From NCBI GenBank assembly GCA_017481235.1, contig JAFUPL010000030.1, positions 578-64,577 on the forward strand: a stretch of DNA of 64,000 bases, in the 5' to 3' direction. Made by a program: the position numbers and the translations under genes. The notes beneath the pieces were generated by a model that saw nothing but the letters and a program-made list of their open reading frames with translations, searched no databases and was not told the origin of the DNA. This DNA is from Clostridia bacterium. Lineage in GTDB: Bacteria > Bacillota > Clostridia > Christensenellales > UBA1242. This document shows positions 11,199 through 20,268 of this stretch, piece after piece (position 1 is the stretch's first letter; every line of letters begins with the position of its first letter).

Positions 11199-12914
11199 CT
11201 ACAACTCACGCTTTTTAAATATGTGTCGACCTATCAATAGTAATATAGTGGTAATACCAAATACATATATTAAACTAATCCAAATATTCATACCTTGATA
11301 TACTATGCTATTAAACAATTTTGCCAGTATTCCTTCATGTGAAATACCAGTACTGCCAAAATAAGCAAATATGTTAATATTGGTTAAAGGATAAAATCTT
11401 AACCATGAACCAACACCAAAGAATAGAGGTAAAATCAAGTTGACACTATATAAAACAATAGCAATTAGCATCGTTAAAAGTTCAGATTTTAATATCGTAC
11501 TTAACATAATAGTTAGCGCGCTATATAAAGCACTTATAAGGAACAAACTTATTACAAACAACCCTATAACCACAATAGGGTGGGTTGCAAATATTAAATT
11601 AGTATTAAATATTATTAAAATATTTGCACTACTAAATCCATACATAATTCCACCTATAATAAGTGAGGTAATTGTACCAAACATTAGCAGTATAAATGTC
11701 ATTATTAATATTGCAAAATATTTGCCAAAAAATATTGAACTACGTTTAACTGGGCGAATAGCGGTAAATCTCATGGTATTATTATTAATTTCACCCGAAA
11801 TTGTATGTGCTGATAGGAATATTGAGTATATTATCACAACAACAGCAAATAATGACATCACAAAAAATGTAAAATCATATGCATTTATTTTTGCGTTAGA
11901 GGTATGAGTAATTGACAAACTATTAGCATAATCATTTGAAAAAGAGTGATTTTCAATGTAATATTGATAACGCAATGCAAGTTCTTCTTGCTCATAAAGT
12001 GAAATATTGCCATATCCTAATAAATTCACTCTATCCGACTTGTTAGTTACATCGTTTAACGCGTCCACACACATTGAACTACTATAATACTTAGTAAATA
12101 TTTCAACGCAATTAGCATAACGATTAAATAGTACATTAAGTTCGTTTTTAATATCTTGATTATCTTCTAATGTAGGGTCTGTAGCAACTTTTGCTTGCTC
12201 TTGCTCCATTTTTAGTGAAATCTCTTCCATTCGAGAGGTGATTAGGGCATGATATGTTCCGCCTTCAACATACTTTTCAGCAGTATCATTTATTTCAGGA
12301 TACACTAAGTTTTGCAAACAGTTATATAATGGTGTGCGTAATTCGTTAAAGTAGGTTTCACTAGCAAAAGTATGACTAATTACCGAATTAAAATTAGATA
12401 TTGTTTTATTAATAGTTGAATATAACTTAGTATAATTAGTGTTTGTAGTTAAAATATAGTATCCAGTAGCATTTTTAGTATAATTTAAACCTTCATCTAA
12501 AGCAGATTTTAAATTTAATAAACTTTGTCTAATTCCAGATAATAGGTTATTATATTCGCTTGATGTTGCATCTGCTTCATTGTATAGTAAGCAATAATCA
12601 TCAAATTCTTTATACAAGGCAGTGATATTTTGTTTATTTGATGAAGTATATTCGCTAGAAGAAGGTATGTAAGTATTTGCATTTACAGCCACTTGTCCAA
12701 TGCTATCAATATATCCTTGCTTTAAATCATTGTTGGAATTAGCGTACATATCACTAACCGTTTCTCCCACAAGAGATAGGGGAGTTGTGTTACGTTCAGT
12801 AGGGTTGTACATAAAAATTCCGGCAACCAATAGTCCCGCCATAAGTAAAACTAATATGTATATTCCTATGCGAGATACCAGTTTTTTAAGTTCAAAACTA
12901 ATCACTTTTCTCAT
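11199..12914 (-). CDS. ABC-2 type transporter permease with large N-terminal extracytoplasmic domain
   Basis: One N-terminal TM helix, about 330 aa of soluble region, then about 6 C-terminal TM helices. Immediately downstream of an ABC ATPase gene. Confidence 0.6.
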   Translation of the reverse strand: MRKVISFELKKLVSRIGIYILVLLMAGLLVAGIFMYNPTERNTTPLSLVGETVSDMYANSNNDLKQGYIDSIGQVAVNANTYIPSSSEYTSSNKQNITALYKEFDDYCLLYNEADATSSEYNNLLSGIRQSLLNLKSALDEGLNYTKNATGYYILTTNTNYTKLYSTINKTISNFNSVISHTFASETYFNELRTPLYNCLQNLVYPEINDTAEKYVEGGTYHALITSRMEEISLKMEQEQAKVATDPTLEDNQDIKNELNVLFNRYANCVEIFTKYYSSSMCVDALNDVTNKSDRVNLLGYGNISLYEQEELALRYQYYIENHSFSNDYANSLSITHTSNAKINAYDFTFFVMSLFAVVVIIYSIFLSAHTISGEINNNTMRFTAIRPVKRSSIFFGKYFAILIMTFILLMFGTITSLIIGGIMYGFSSANILIIFNTNLIFATHPIVVIGLFVISLFLISALYSALTIMLSTILKSELLTMLIAIVLYSVNLILPLFFGVGSWLRFYPLTNINIFAYFGSTGISHEGILAKLFNSIVYQGMNIWISLIYVFGITTILLLIGRHIFKKREL

Positions 12915-12922
12915 AGTTCCTC

Positions 12923-13852
12923 CTAAAATAATTCATTATCCGAATTACCTTGAATTAATTCAAAGTAAATTTGTTCTAACGATTTATTAATTGTAGTTGT
13001 TTTATAAATTTTAATGTGTTTATATGTAAGATATGTTATAATATTTGCTAAATACTTTTCCATTATAGGAACAATTATTGTATTGCCAGCAACTTTAACC
13101 TTAATTTTATATTTATTTTGCAACAACTGACCTGCGTAATTAGGGTAGTTAACATGTATGCGTATTTGTTGATTATTTTCAACTTCTTTTGTAATATCGG
13201 TCATATTTTTAAAACTTAACAATTTACCCGAACGCATAACCGCAATTTGATTACAAATTTGTTCAAGTTCCGACAAGTTATGACTTGATATAATGATTGC
13301 CATTTTTTCACGCCTTGCAAGCGTAGTTAATAAATTTCTAATATCTTTAATGCCTTCAGGGTCTAAACCATTGGTTGGTTCATCTAATATCAGCAATCTT
13401 GGTTTGTTTAACATTGCTTGAGCAATACCTAAGCGTTGTTTCATACCAAGTGAGTATGTAGACACCTTTTTGTCAATAAATTCTTCCATTTTTAATATCT
13501 TAATAATGTTTGGAATACGCATTTTAGCATTTTTACCATAAAATTTAGCAAATAATTTTAAATTTGCTTTACCTGATAAATATGGATATAATTGCGGATA
13601 TTCAACCACTGCGCCAACATTAGATATTGCTTTTTTAAAGTTTTTATCAATGCTATAACCATTAATAAAAATACTACCAGAAGATATGCTGGTAAGACCG
13701 CAAATCATTTTAATAGTAGTAGATTTACCAGCACCATTAGGTCCAATAAATCCAAAAATTTCGCCTTCAAACAACATAAGCGAAAGATTATCTACAACTT
13801 TCTTTCTGTTATAAATTTTTGTTACATTATTTAATTTTAATATAGGAATCAA
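12923..13852 (-). CDS. ABC transporter ATP-binding protein
   Basis: Walker A GPNGAGKST, signature-like YSLGMKQRL, Walker B LLILDEPTNGLD. Confidence 0.9.
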   Translation of the reverse strand: MIPILKLNNVTKIYNRKKVVDNLSLMLFEGEIFGFIGPNGAGKSTTIKMICGLTSISSGSIFINGYSIDKNFKKAISNVGAVVEYPQLYPYLSGKANLKLFAKFYGKNAKMRIPNIIKILKMEEFIDKKVSTYSLGMKQRLGIAQAMLNKPRLLILDEPTNGLDPEGIKDIRNLLTTLARREKMAIIISSHNLSELEQICNQIAVMRSGKLLSFKNMTDITKEVENNQQIRIHVNYPNYAGQLLQNKYKIKVKVAGNTIIVPIMEKYLANIITYLTYKHIKIYKTTTINKSLEQIYFELIQGNSDNELF

Positions 13853-13995
13853 GATTTGTTACCCCTTTTTCTTGTAATAATAAATATATTAGCATAATTT
13901 TATTTAAATGTAAATAAAATAATAATATACAAAATTATTTTTTATGTTTAAAAAAGCATTTAAATGTTAAATCTAAAAAATATAAGTATACTATT

Positions 13996-14868
13996 ATGAA
14001 AAACAACGAACTTCACTCATGCATTTTAATGATTATTTCAATGATTGTGCTATTTAGCATAATGTTTTTTAATATATTTATATTTTTAAACAACGTATTA
14101 TGGTTAAATATAACTTTGTATGCCATTATTTGTATATTAATTGGTTTAACAGTGTTTGGATATCTTTCGCATAAAGATGTGTATTTGAAATTATCAGTTG
14201 TTGGAAGTATAGTTCTTATATTAATATATTTAGTATATTTTATTTTAGTTAAAACTCATATGCTCGAACAAATTACATCTTTTGAGGATTTAAGGCAACT
14301 TATTCTTGGGTTTGGAGGATGGGGAATACTAACGTATATTGTTATAAATCTATTGCAATGCGTTATTATTCCAGTGCCAACTACTTTAACGGTTTTGGTA
14401 GGTACTGCCATATATGGACCACTAGTTGCATTTATTTATGCTACAATAGGTGTTATTTTAGGTTCAAGTATATCATTTTTGATAGGTCGATATTGCTCAA
14501 AACCAGTTATATATTGGATTTTTGGTCGTGAAAAAACTGAAAAATATCAAAACTTACTCAACAAACGTGCTGAATTGATACTATTTTTAACTTTAACATT
14601 ACCATTTTTCCCTGACGATTTAATTTGCATGATGGCAGGAGTAAGCGATATTAAGTATATTAGATTTTTAATAATATCTATATTTGCTAGAGGAGTAGGA
14701 CTGGCAACAATCAGTTTTTTTGGAAGCGGAAAAATCATTCCTTTTTCAGGTTGGGGGATTGCTGTGTGGTGTGTTGTGGCAATATTAATAGTTAGTGTAC
14801 TGATATTGGCATTTAAAAAGCGTGAAAAGATTAAACAATTTTTAAGACTAGATAATTCAAAACATTAA
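13996..14868 (+). CDS. TVP38/TMEM64 (DedA-related) family membrane protein
   Basis: Polytopic membrane protein with the PFFPDDLICMMAGVS motif characteristic of the family. Confidence 0.7.
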   Translation: MKNNELHSCILMIISMIVLFSIMFFNIFIFLNNVLWLNITLYAIICILIGLTVFGYLSHKDVYLKLSVVGSIVLILIYLVYFILVKTHMLEQITSFEDLRQLILGFGGWGILTYIVINLLQCVIIPVPTTLTVLVGTAIYGPLVAFIYATIGVILGSSISFLIGRYCSKPVIYWIFGREKTEKYQNLLNKRAELILFLTLTLPFFPDDLICMMAGVSDIKYIRFLIISIFARGVGLATISFFGSGKIIPFSGWGIAVWCVVAILIVSVLILAFKKREKIKQFLRLDNSKH

Positions 14869-14897
14869 AAAAAAGTCTTTAGAAAAGACCTTTTTTT
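14867..14897. terminator. bidirectional intrinsic terminator
   Basis: Stem GTCTTT/AAAGAC with A-run and T-run flanks, between convergent genes. Confidence 0.65.
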
Positions 14898-14901
14898 ATT
14901 T

Positions 14902-16320
14902 TTATCTAGTATATTTTTTATAAAATAAAACATTGTAAACAAAGTCAAGAACAACAACAGAACCAAGCATTACTGGAGCAATAAAATTTGCAAAATTACT
15001 TAACGAAAATATCGTTGAAATATTGGTAGATATAGTTAAATTGTATGAAAATATGATAATAGTTAAAGACAAGAATAGTGATAACTTAATAAAGAAATCT
15101 CTTGATATTGAATACTTAAATGGTCGTGTACAATATTTTAATCGAAGTTTTGAAATATTTACTAATAATATTATTGGATATAATATTAAAATCAAACAAA
15201 CTATAATTGCGGATATATAATAAACATTACTAAATGAGTATTTACTACATGCAATCAAACTTATAATAAACATAACTAGCAAACTAATGCAAGTAGCACT
15301 CATTTTTTGAATATGCTTAGATATGGTTTTTTTGCGTTTAATTACCGATTTATCATTACTAAAATCTACATAATTTAAAAATTTAATTTGTTCAATTGGC
15401 GCAATGTAAGATGAGTCCGTATCAATTGGTTGATTTTCAACTTGAGTAATAAGTTCAGTATTTGGACTTAATTTATCGTATAATTTATTTGGAGAAGGGT
15501 TTTCTACAATGGGTTCAACTTTTTCAGTAAACATAGTAGGGGAGGTTTCATTTTCAATATACTGATTAACATTGCTATTATCCTCAATATTAGTCATTTC
15601 ACTTAAATTATTTTCACCGATGCCGTTATCACTGCTACTAAAATCAATAGCGTCAAATATATTAATAGATGATGTTGTGGTGATTTTATCATCTTCGTTA
15701 AACAAATCATTGCTATTTGGACGTTCGATTTCTATGCTATATGTAGGAATATCCTCTTGTATATTGATTGTTAAATCCGATTGTGAGTCAGTAGTATTAC
15801 TAATATCAAGTTCCTCATTAACCATAGGTTCAACAATTGAGTTGTTAATATTCGTAAAAGTAGTAGTCAAATCAATAGGTGAGGGAGAGATTGTGTTAGT
15901 ACCATCCGTTATCAAACTATCATCAATTATTTCATCAGCCTTAGATATATCTTGCACTGGTTGAGATTCAAAATTTGAGTTACTGTTTTCAGATACGGGA
16001 GAGGTGATACCAGTATTAACACCTTCACTTTCAAGTATATCTTTAATCAACGTGGTAAAAGGAGGGTAAGTTTCAAGTTGTTGCTTACCATTGTCCGTTA
16101 ATTTATAATAGTGACGCTTACCACCAATTTCACTATCTTGCCAATACGATGAAATAAATCTACCTTGCTCTAATTTCTTAAGAACACTATATAGGGTAGG
16201 TTGCTTGATAATTATTCCACCATTAGAACTTTCCTCAATTTGCTTAACAATCTCATAACCATATTTGTCCCCATCAACCAATTGATACAAAATTATAGGA
16301 ATCAAATCCGTAGTTTTCAT
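14902..16320 (-). CDS. PadR-family transcriptional regulator fused to a long low-complexity linker and C-terminal TM helices
   Basis: The N-terminal 85 aa form a PadR winged helix (GDKYGYEIVKQIEE..PTLYSVLKKLEQGRFISSYW..GGKRHYYKLTDNGK). An acidic S/N/T-rich region follows, then about 4 hydrophobic helices. Confidence 0.7.
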   Translation of the reverse strand: MKTTDLIPIILYQLVDGDKYGYEIVKQIEESSNGGIIIKQPTLYSVLKKLEQGRFISSYWQDSEIGGKRHYYKLTDNGKQQLETYPPFTTLIKDILESEGVNTGITSPVSENSNSNFESQPVQDISKADEIIDDSLITDGTNTISPSPIDLTTTFTNINNSIVEPMVNEELDISNTTDSQSDLTINIQEDIPTYSIEIERPNSNDLFNEDDKITTTSSINIFDAIDFSSSDNGIGENNLSEMTNIEDNSNVNQYIENETSPTMFTEKVEPIVENPSPNKLYDKLSPNTELITQVENQPIDTDSSYIAPIEQIKFLNYVDFSNDKSVIKRKKTISKHIQKMSATCISLLVMFIISLIACSKYSFSNVYYISAIIVCLILILYPIILLVNISKLRLKYCTRPFKYSISRDFFIKLSLFLSLTIIIFSYNLTISTNISTIFSLSNFANFIAPVMLGSVVVLDFVYNVLFYKKYTR

Positions 16321-16474
16321 ATAAACCCCTCACATCTTTTCTATTAATAATTATATAGCATATTGTAACTTATTGTCAAACAAAATTAAAAAATTTATAA
16401 ACATTAAGGTAGGGCAGTGGTAGTATTATTGCCGTTTAACACTAATGAGGGTGAAGAATGGAATATACTAAACT

Positions 16475-16500
16475 ATTCGTAAAATACAGATTTTACGAAT
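16475..16500. promoter_or_regulatory. perfect 11-bp inverted repeat ATTCGTAAAAT-N4-ATTTTACGAAT (operator-like)
   Basis: Read directly from the sequence. It shares the 15-mer CTATTCGTAAAATAC with 61364-61378 and lies 153 nt upstream of the PadR-like start codon. Confidence 0.5.
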
Positions 16501-16905
16501 ACATGATGTTTTTTGTTTTTCAAATCCCATAAAATTTATAAAACATGTTTTGTATAATTTAATTATACTTTTCATTTAGTTGTATTGCTTGTGTCCTTCA
16601 TATTCTCTAATATTTTTAATCATAAAGTTGATTTTTAAATAAACGTTTGAAAATGCTAAGTTTTACAACACTTTTTAGTTGACCAAATCCTTGTCTTAAA
16701 AACACATCTCGGCGCTGAGAGCATTTTAGATTTTTAATAACTATTGATACGACTTATATTATCAATTAGTTTAGTTGATTTTTTAAAGACAACTATTTTT
16801 TTATATAATTTATATGTTTTATAAGATGTGTAGTTAAAATATTAGAATTTGTATTATTAAAATCAATATCAAATAACTATCATTTTTAACACTATTTAAA
16901 GATAT

Positions 16906-16936
16906 AAAAAACCTAGAGTTAGTTTATAACTCTAAG
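16906..16936 (-). terminator. serS intrinsic terminator
   Basis: Stem TAGAGTT/AACTCTA followed by T6 on the minus strand. Confidence 0.7.
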
Positions 16937-16990
16937 TTTAATATTATAATAATTACTATATAATGTGTACGTATCTATACAAAACACACA

Positions 16991-18283
16991 TTATTTAGTT
17001 GTTTTAGGTAATATCTTTGATTTGCCACCCATATATGGACGTAATACTTCAGGAACAGTTATTGAACCATCTTGGTTATAGTTGTTTTCAACCAAAGCAA
17101 TTAGACCTCTTGGACTTGCAACCACTGTGTTGTTTAGCGTATGTACTAGATATGTGCCATTTTCACCCTTAGTACGAATATTAAGTCTACGTGCTTGCGC
17201 GTCACCTAAAGTTGAACAAGAACACACCTCAAAGTATTTTTGTTGACGAGGACTCCATGCTTCAATATCACAGGATTTAACCTTAAGGTCTGCCAAATCC
17301 CCTGAACAACAATCAAGTTGACGTACTGGGATATTCATATTATTAAATATTTCAACTGAATATGACCACATCTTGTTATACCAATCCATGCTTTCCTCTG
17401 GTTTACACAATACTATCATTTCTTGCTTTTCAAATTGATGTACACGATATACTCCGCGTTCTTCAATGCCGTGAGAGCCGATTTCCTTTCTAAAACAAGG
17501 TGAATATGATGTCATTGCAATAGGAAGTTCACTTTCCTTTACAATTTGGTCCTTAAAGCGACCTATCATACTATGTTCACTAGTACCAATTAAGTAAAGG
17601 TCCTCATTTTCAATCTTATACATCATTGCGTCCATTTCCTCAAAACTCATAACGCCAGTAACCACATCACTACGTATCATAAATGGTGGAATGCAATAGG
17701 TAAATCCTTTATCAATCATGTAATCACGACCATAAGCAATCATTGCTTCATGAAGACGTGCAATATCGCCCATTAAGTAGTAAAATCCCGCCCCACTGGT
17801 TCTTCCAGCGCTATCCTTATCAAGACCGCCAACACTTTCAAAAATATCGGCATTATAAGGTATTTCAAAATCAGGAACTTTTGCTTCACCAAAACGCTTA
17901 ACTTCAACGTTTTCACTATCATCTTTACCAACAGGCACGCTATCGTCAATAATATTAGGTATTGCCATCATACTCTTTTTAAGTTGAATGCTTAATTCGT
18001 TAACACTCGCTTCCAATTCGGTAATTTTAGCATTGATTTCAACAACTTCTTGCTTTTTAGCATTTGCCTCAGAAATTTGCTTATTACGCATCAATACACC
18101 AATTTCATTACTTTTGGCATTACGACTAGCACGCAAATTGTCACATTCGGTACGCATATCGCGAACTTTTGTATCAAGTGATAATATTTCATCAATTAAA
18201 GGTAATTTATGGTCTTGAAATTTCTTTCTAATATTTTCCCTAACCTTTTCAGGGTTTTTTCTAATTAAATTTATGTCAATCAT
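16991..18283 (-). CDS. serS: seryl-tRNA synthetase
   Basis: 430 aa with an N-terminal coiled-coil arm and a class II core (GTSEHS, FRKEIGSHG, NNTVVASPR segments). Confidence 0.96.
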   Translation of the reverse strand: MIDINLIRKNPEKVRENIRKKFQDHKLPLIDEILSLDTKVRDMRTECDNLRASRNAKSNEIGVLMRNKQISEANAKKQEVVEINAKITELEASVNELSIQLKKSMMAIPNIIDDSVPVGKDDSENVEVKRFGEAKVPDFEIPYNADIFESVGGLDKDSAGRTSGAGFYYLMGDIARLHEAMIAYGRDYMIDKGFTYCIPPFMIRSDVVTGVMSFEEMDAMMYKIENEDLYLIGTSEHSMIGRFKDQIVKESELPIAMTSYSPCFRKEIGSHGIEERGVYRVHQFEKQEMIVLCKPEESMDWYNKMWSYSVEIFNNMNIPVRQLDCCSGDLADLKVKSCDIEAWSPRQQKYFEVCSCSTLGDAQARRLNIRTKGENGTYLVHTLNNTVVASPRGLIALVENNYNQDGSITVPEVLRPYMGGKSKILPKTTK

Positions 18284-18301
18284 ATCTATTCTCCTATGTA
18301 T

Positions 18302-18330
18302 AGTATATCACCATATATAATTTTTTGCAA
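18302..18330 (-). promoter_or_regulatory. putative sigma-A promoter of serS
   Basis: TTGCAA, a 17-nt spacer, then extended -10 TGaTATACT, leaving a leader of only about 20 nt. Confidence 0.5.
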
Positions 18331-18370
18331 GCAACATCAATACTTTTATAAAAAATTTTTGCAAATTGTT

Positions 18371-18398
18371 TTGATTTTGCGAATAGTTATGTTATAAT
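18371..18398 (+). promoter_or_regulatory. putative promoter giving a leaderless recombinase mRNA
   Basis: TTGATT-16-TATAAT. The -10 ends 6 nt before the ATG at 18405 and no Shine-Dalgarno sequence is present. Confidence 0.45.
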
Positions 18399-18404
18399 CA
18401 TAAT

Positions 18405-19472
18405 ATGAGTGAAAATTATTTTTTAGATAGAAATCGTAAAAACTTAAGGCAATTAAATATTGTATTGGACGAATTGCCATCATTTTGTAGCATTTATTTT
18501 GTAGGTATTGCTTCGCGCACTACCCCACTTACAAGGTTAAATTACGCAAGGGATTTGAAGATATTTTTTACGTATCTTACTAATTTTGAGCGTGCATTTT
18601 TAAAAAAATCTAATCAAGACATTCAAATTGAAGATTTAAACAAAATTGATAGTTTAATGATTGAGAGATTTGTGGCATATTTGATTAGTTATGATAACGT
18701 TAAAGGAGTGGTTCGTAGTAATGCGGATCGCGGACTTGCTAGAAAACTTTCAAGCGTAAGGTCTTTTTTCCAATTTATGTTTGACAAAGATTTTGTTTCG
18801 TCAAATGTAGTAACTAAAGTAAAAATGCCTAAAATCATCAAAAAGGATATTATAAAACTTGAAAGTGATGAAGTTGAAAGTTTATTAAAAACTAGTGAAA
18901 CATTAGATGGATTTAGCGAGCATCAACAAAAATATAACGAAAGATTTATCCCCCGCGACAATGCAATGCTTTCATTGTTTTTAGGCACAGGTATTCGTGT
19001 AAGCGAACTAGTTGGACTTAATGTTGATGATATTGACTTTAAATACAATAGTTTTAAAGTTACACGTAAAGGTGGTGCGCAAGCAATACTATATTTTTCA
19101 GATGAAGTTAAAGATGCTTTGGTTAAATATTTGGAACTTCGTGATACTTTTAAATTACCAGAAAGCGAGAAGGCATTATGGATAAGTATACAAGGTAAAC
19201 GTATGGGTGTGCGTTCAGTAGAAAATTTAGTAAAAAAATATGCTAAAGTATCTACCCCACTTAAAAGAATTAGTCCTCATAAACTTAGAAGTACATATGG
19301 AACACATTTATATCATGCCACTAAAGATATTTCAGTGGTGGCGGAAGTGTTAGGTCATAAAGATGTAAACACCACAAAAAAATATTACGCGGCTGTTAGT
19401 GAAAGTATACGAAAAGAGGTTGCTGATAAAGTTAAATTATATAAAACAGTGGAAGAAAAACCGGAAAATTAG
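18405..19472 (+). CDS. tyrosine site-specific recombinase (XerC/XerD-like)
   Basis: C-terminal catalytic region: GTGIRVSEL (Arg), HKLRSTYGTHLY (His-x-x-Arg), LGHKDVNTTKKYY (His, Tyr). Confidence 0.85.
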   Translation: MSENYFLDRNRKNLRQLNIVLDELPSFCSIYFVGIASRTTPLTRLNYARDLKIFFTYLTNFERAFLKKSNQDIQIEDLNKIDSLMIERFVAYLISYDNVKGVVRSNADRGLARKLSSVRSFFQFMFDKDFVSSNVVTKVKMPKIIKKDIIKLESDEVESLLKTSETLDGFSEHQQKYNERFIPRDNAMLSLFLGTGIRVSELVGLNVDDIDFKYNSFKVTRKGGAQAILYFSDEVKDALVKYLELRDTFKLPESEKALWISIQGKRMGVRSVENLVKKYAKVSTPLKRISPHKLRSTYGTHLYHATKDISVVAEVLGHKDVNTTKKYYAAVSESIRKEVADKVKLYKTVEEKPEN

Positions 19473-19520
19473 TTTTATTGTAAAAAAATATAGTACTAAA
19501 TAATTAAAAATAAAAAAAAT

Positions 19521-19561
19521 AGAACTAATGTTTGACAAAGTTCGATAAAATATGCTATATA
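19521..19561 (+). promoter_or_regulatory. lexA promoter with overlapping Cheo-type SOS box
   Basis: AGAACTAATGTTTG (GAAC-N4-GTTT) overlaps the TTGACA -35. An 18-nt spacer leads to TATATA. Confidence 0.6.
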
Positions 19562-19644
19562 TTAAAGAAAGTAGATTGTATTACATTGATTTTTTAGATA
19601 AAAGGCTTTTGTAAATAGTAATTTACGTAGCAAAGGAGAAAAAT

Positions 19645-20250
19645 ATGCGTAAAATTGATGAAGCGTATGAGTTTATTAAAGATTATATTGCCGATAAAGA
19701 CTACCCACCTACTATTAGAGAAATTGGAGATGCTATTAAAGTCAAGTCAACTTCAACAGTTGCATATTATTTGCGAAAACTTGAAGAAAACAACAAAATA
19801 CTTAAAGGCAGTTATAAAAATCGTTCCATTCAACTAATGGAAAGTGTTTCTGTTAAACCAGGAAACAATGCTCTAATCAATATGCCATATATTAAAAATA
19901 TTGTAGAAGGCAAACCTTTGATGGCAGAACAAAACATATATGATAGGTTTACCCTGTCTGCCTCACTGTTTAAGGGATTAGATATGTTTATGATGCCAGT
20001 ATTGGACAATTCTATGAAAGATAGTTCTATACTAAAAGACGACATTGTTGTAGTTAGTCGTCAAAATGTTGCCCGTAACGGCGAATTGGTTGTTGCTATT
20101 GTTGGTAATGGTTACGTTGTTGCTAGATTATATAAGGAATTTGGTATGTTTAAATTGCAACCAGATAATAAAGAAAATACTCCTATTTATGTTGAAAAAC
20201 TTATGATACTTGGTAAAGTAGTGGGAGTTATCCGTAATAAAATGGAGTAA
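19645..20250 (+). CDS. lexA: LexA repressor
   Basis: N-terminal winged helix (PPTIREIGDAIKVKSTSTV) and a C-terminal S24 peptidase with Ser (DNSM) and Lys (LGKVVGVIR) regions. Confidence 0.95.
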   Translation: MRKIDEAYEFIKDYIADKDYPPTIREIGDAIKVKSTSTVAYYLRKLEENNKILKGSYKNRSIQLMESVSVKPGNNALINMPYIKNIVEGKPLMAEQNIYDRFTLSASLFKGLDMFMMPVLDNSMKDSSILKDDIVVVSRQNVARNGELVVAIVGNGYVVARLYKEFGMFKLQPDNKENTPIYVEKLMILGKVVGVIRNKME

Positions 20251-20268
20251 GTATACAAAGGGGAAAAT

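Noticed and set aside
18284-18404. Expected T-box leader upstream of serS.
   Set aside because: Only about 120 nt separate serS from the divergent gene, and a good promoter sits about 20 nt before the RBS. There is no room for a T-box and no terminator-antiterminator pair.
18405-19472. Whether the tyrosine recombinase marks a prophage or integrative element.
   Set aside because: There are no phage, conjugation or cargo genes, no flanking direct repeats and no adjacent tRNA. The flanks are serS and lexA, so it is treated as a chromosomal Xer-like recombinase.
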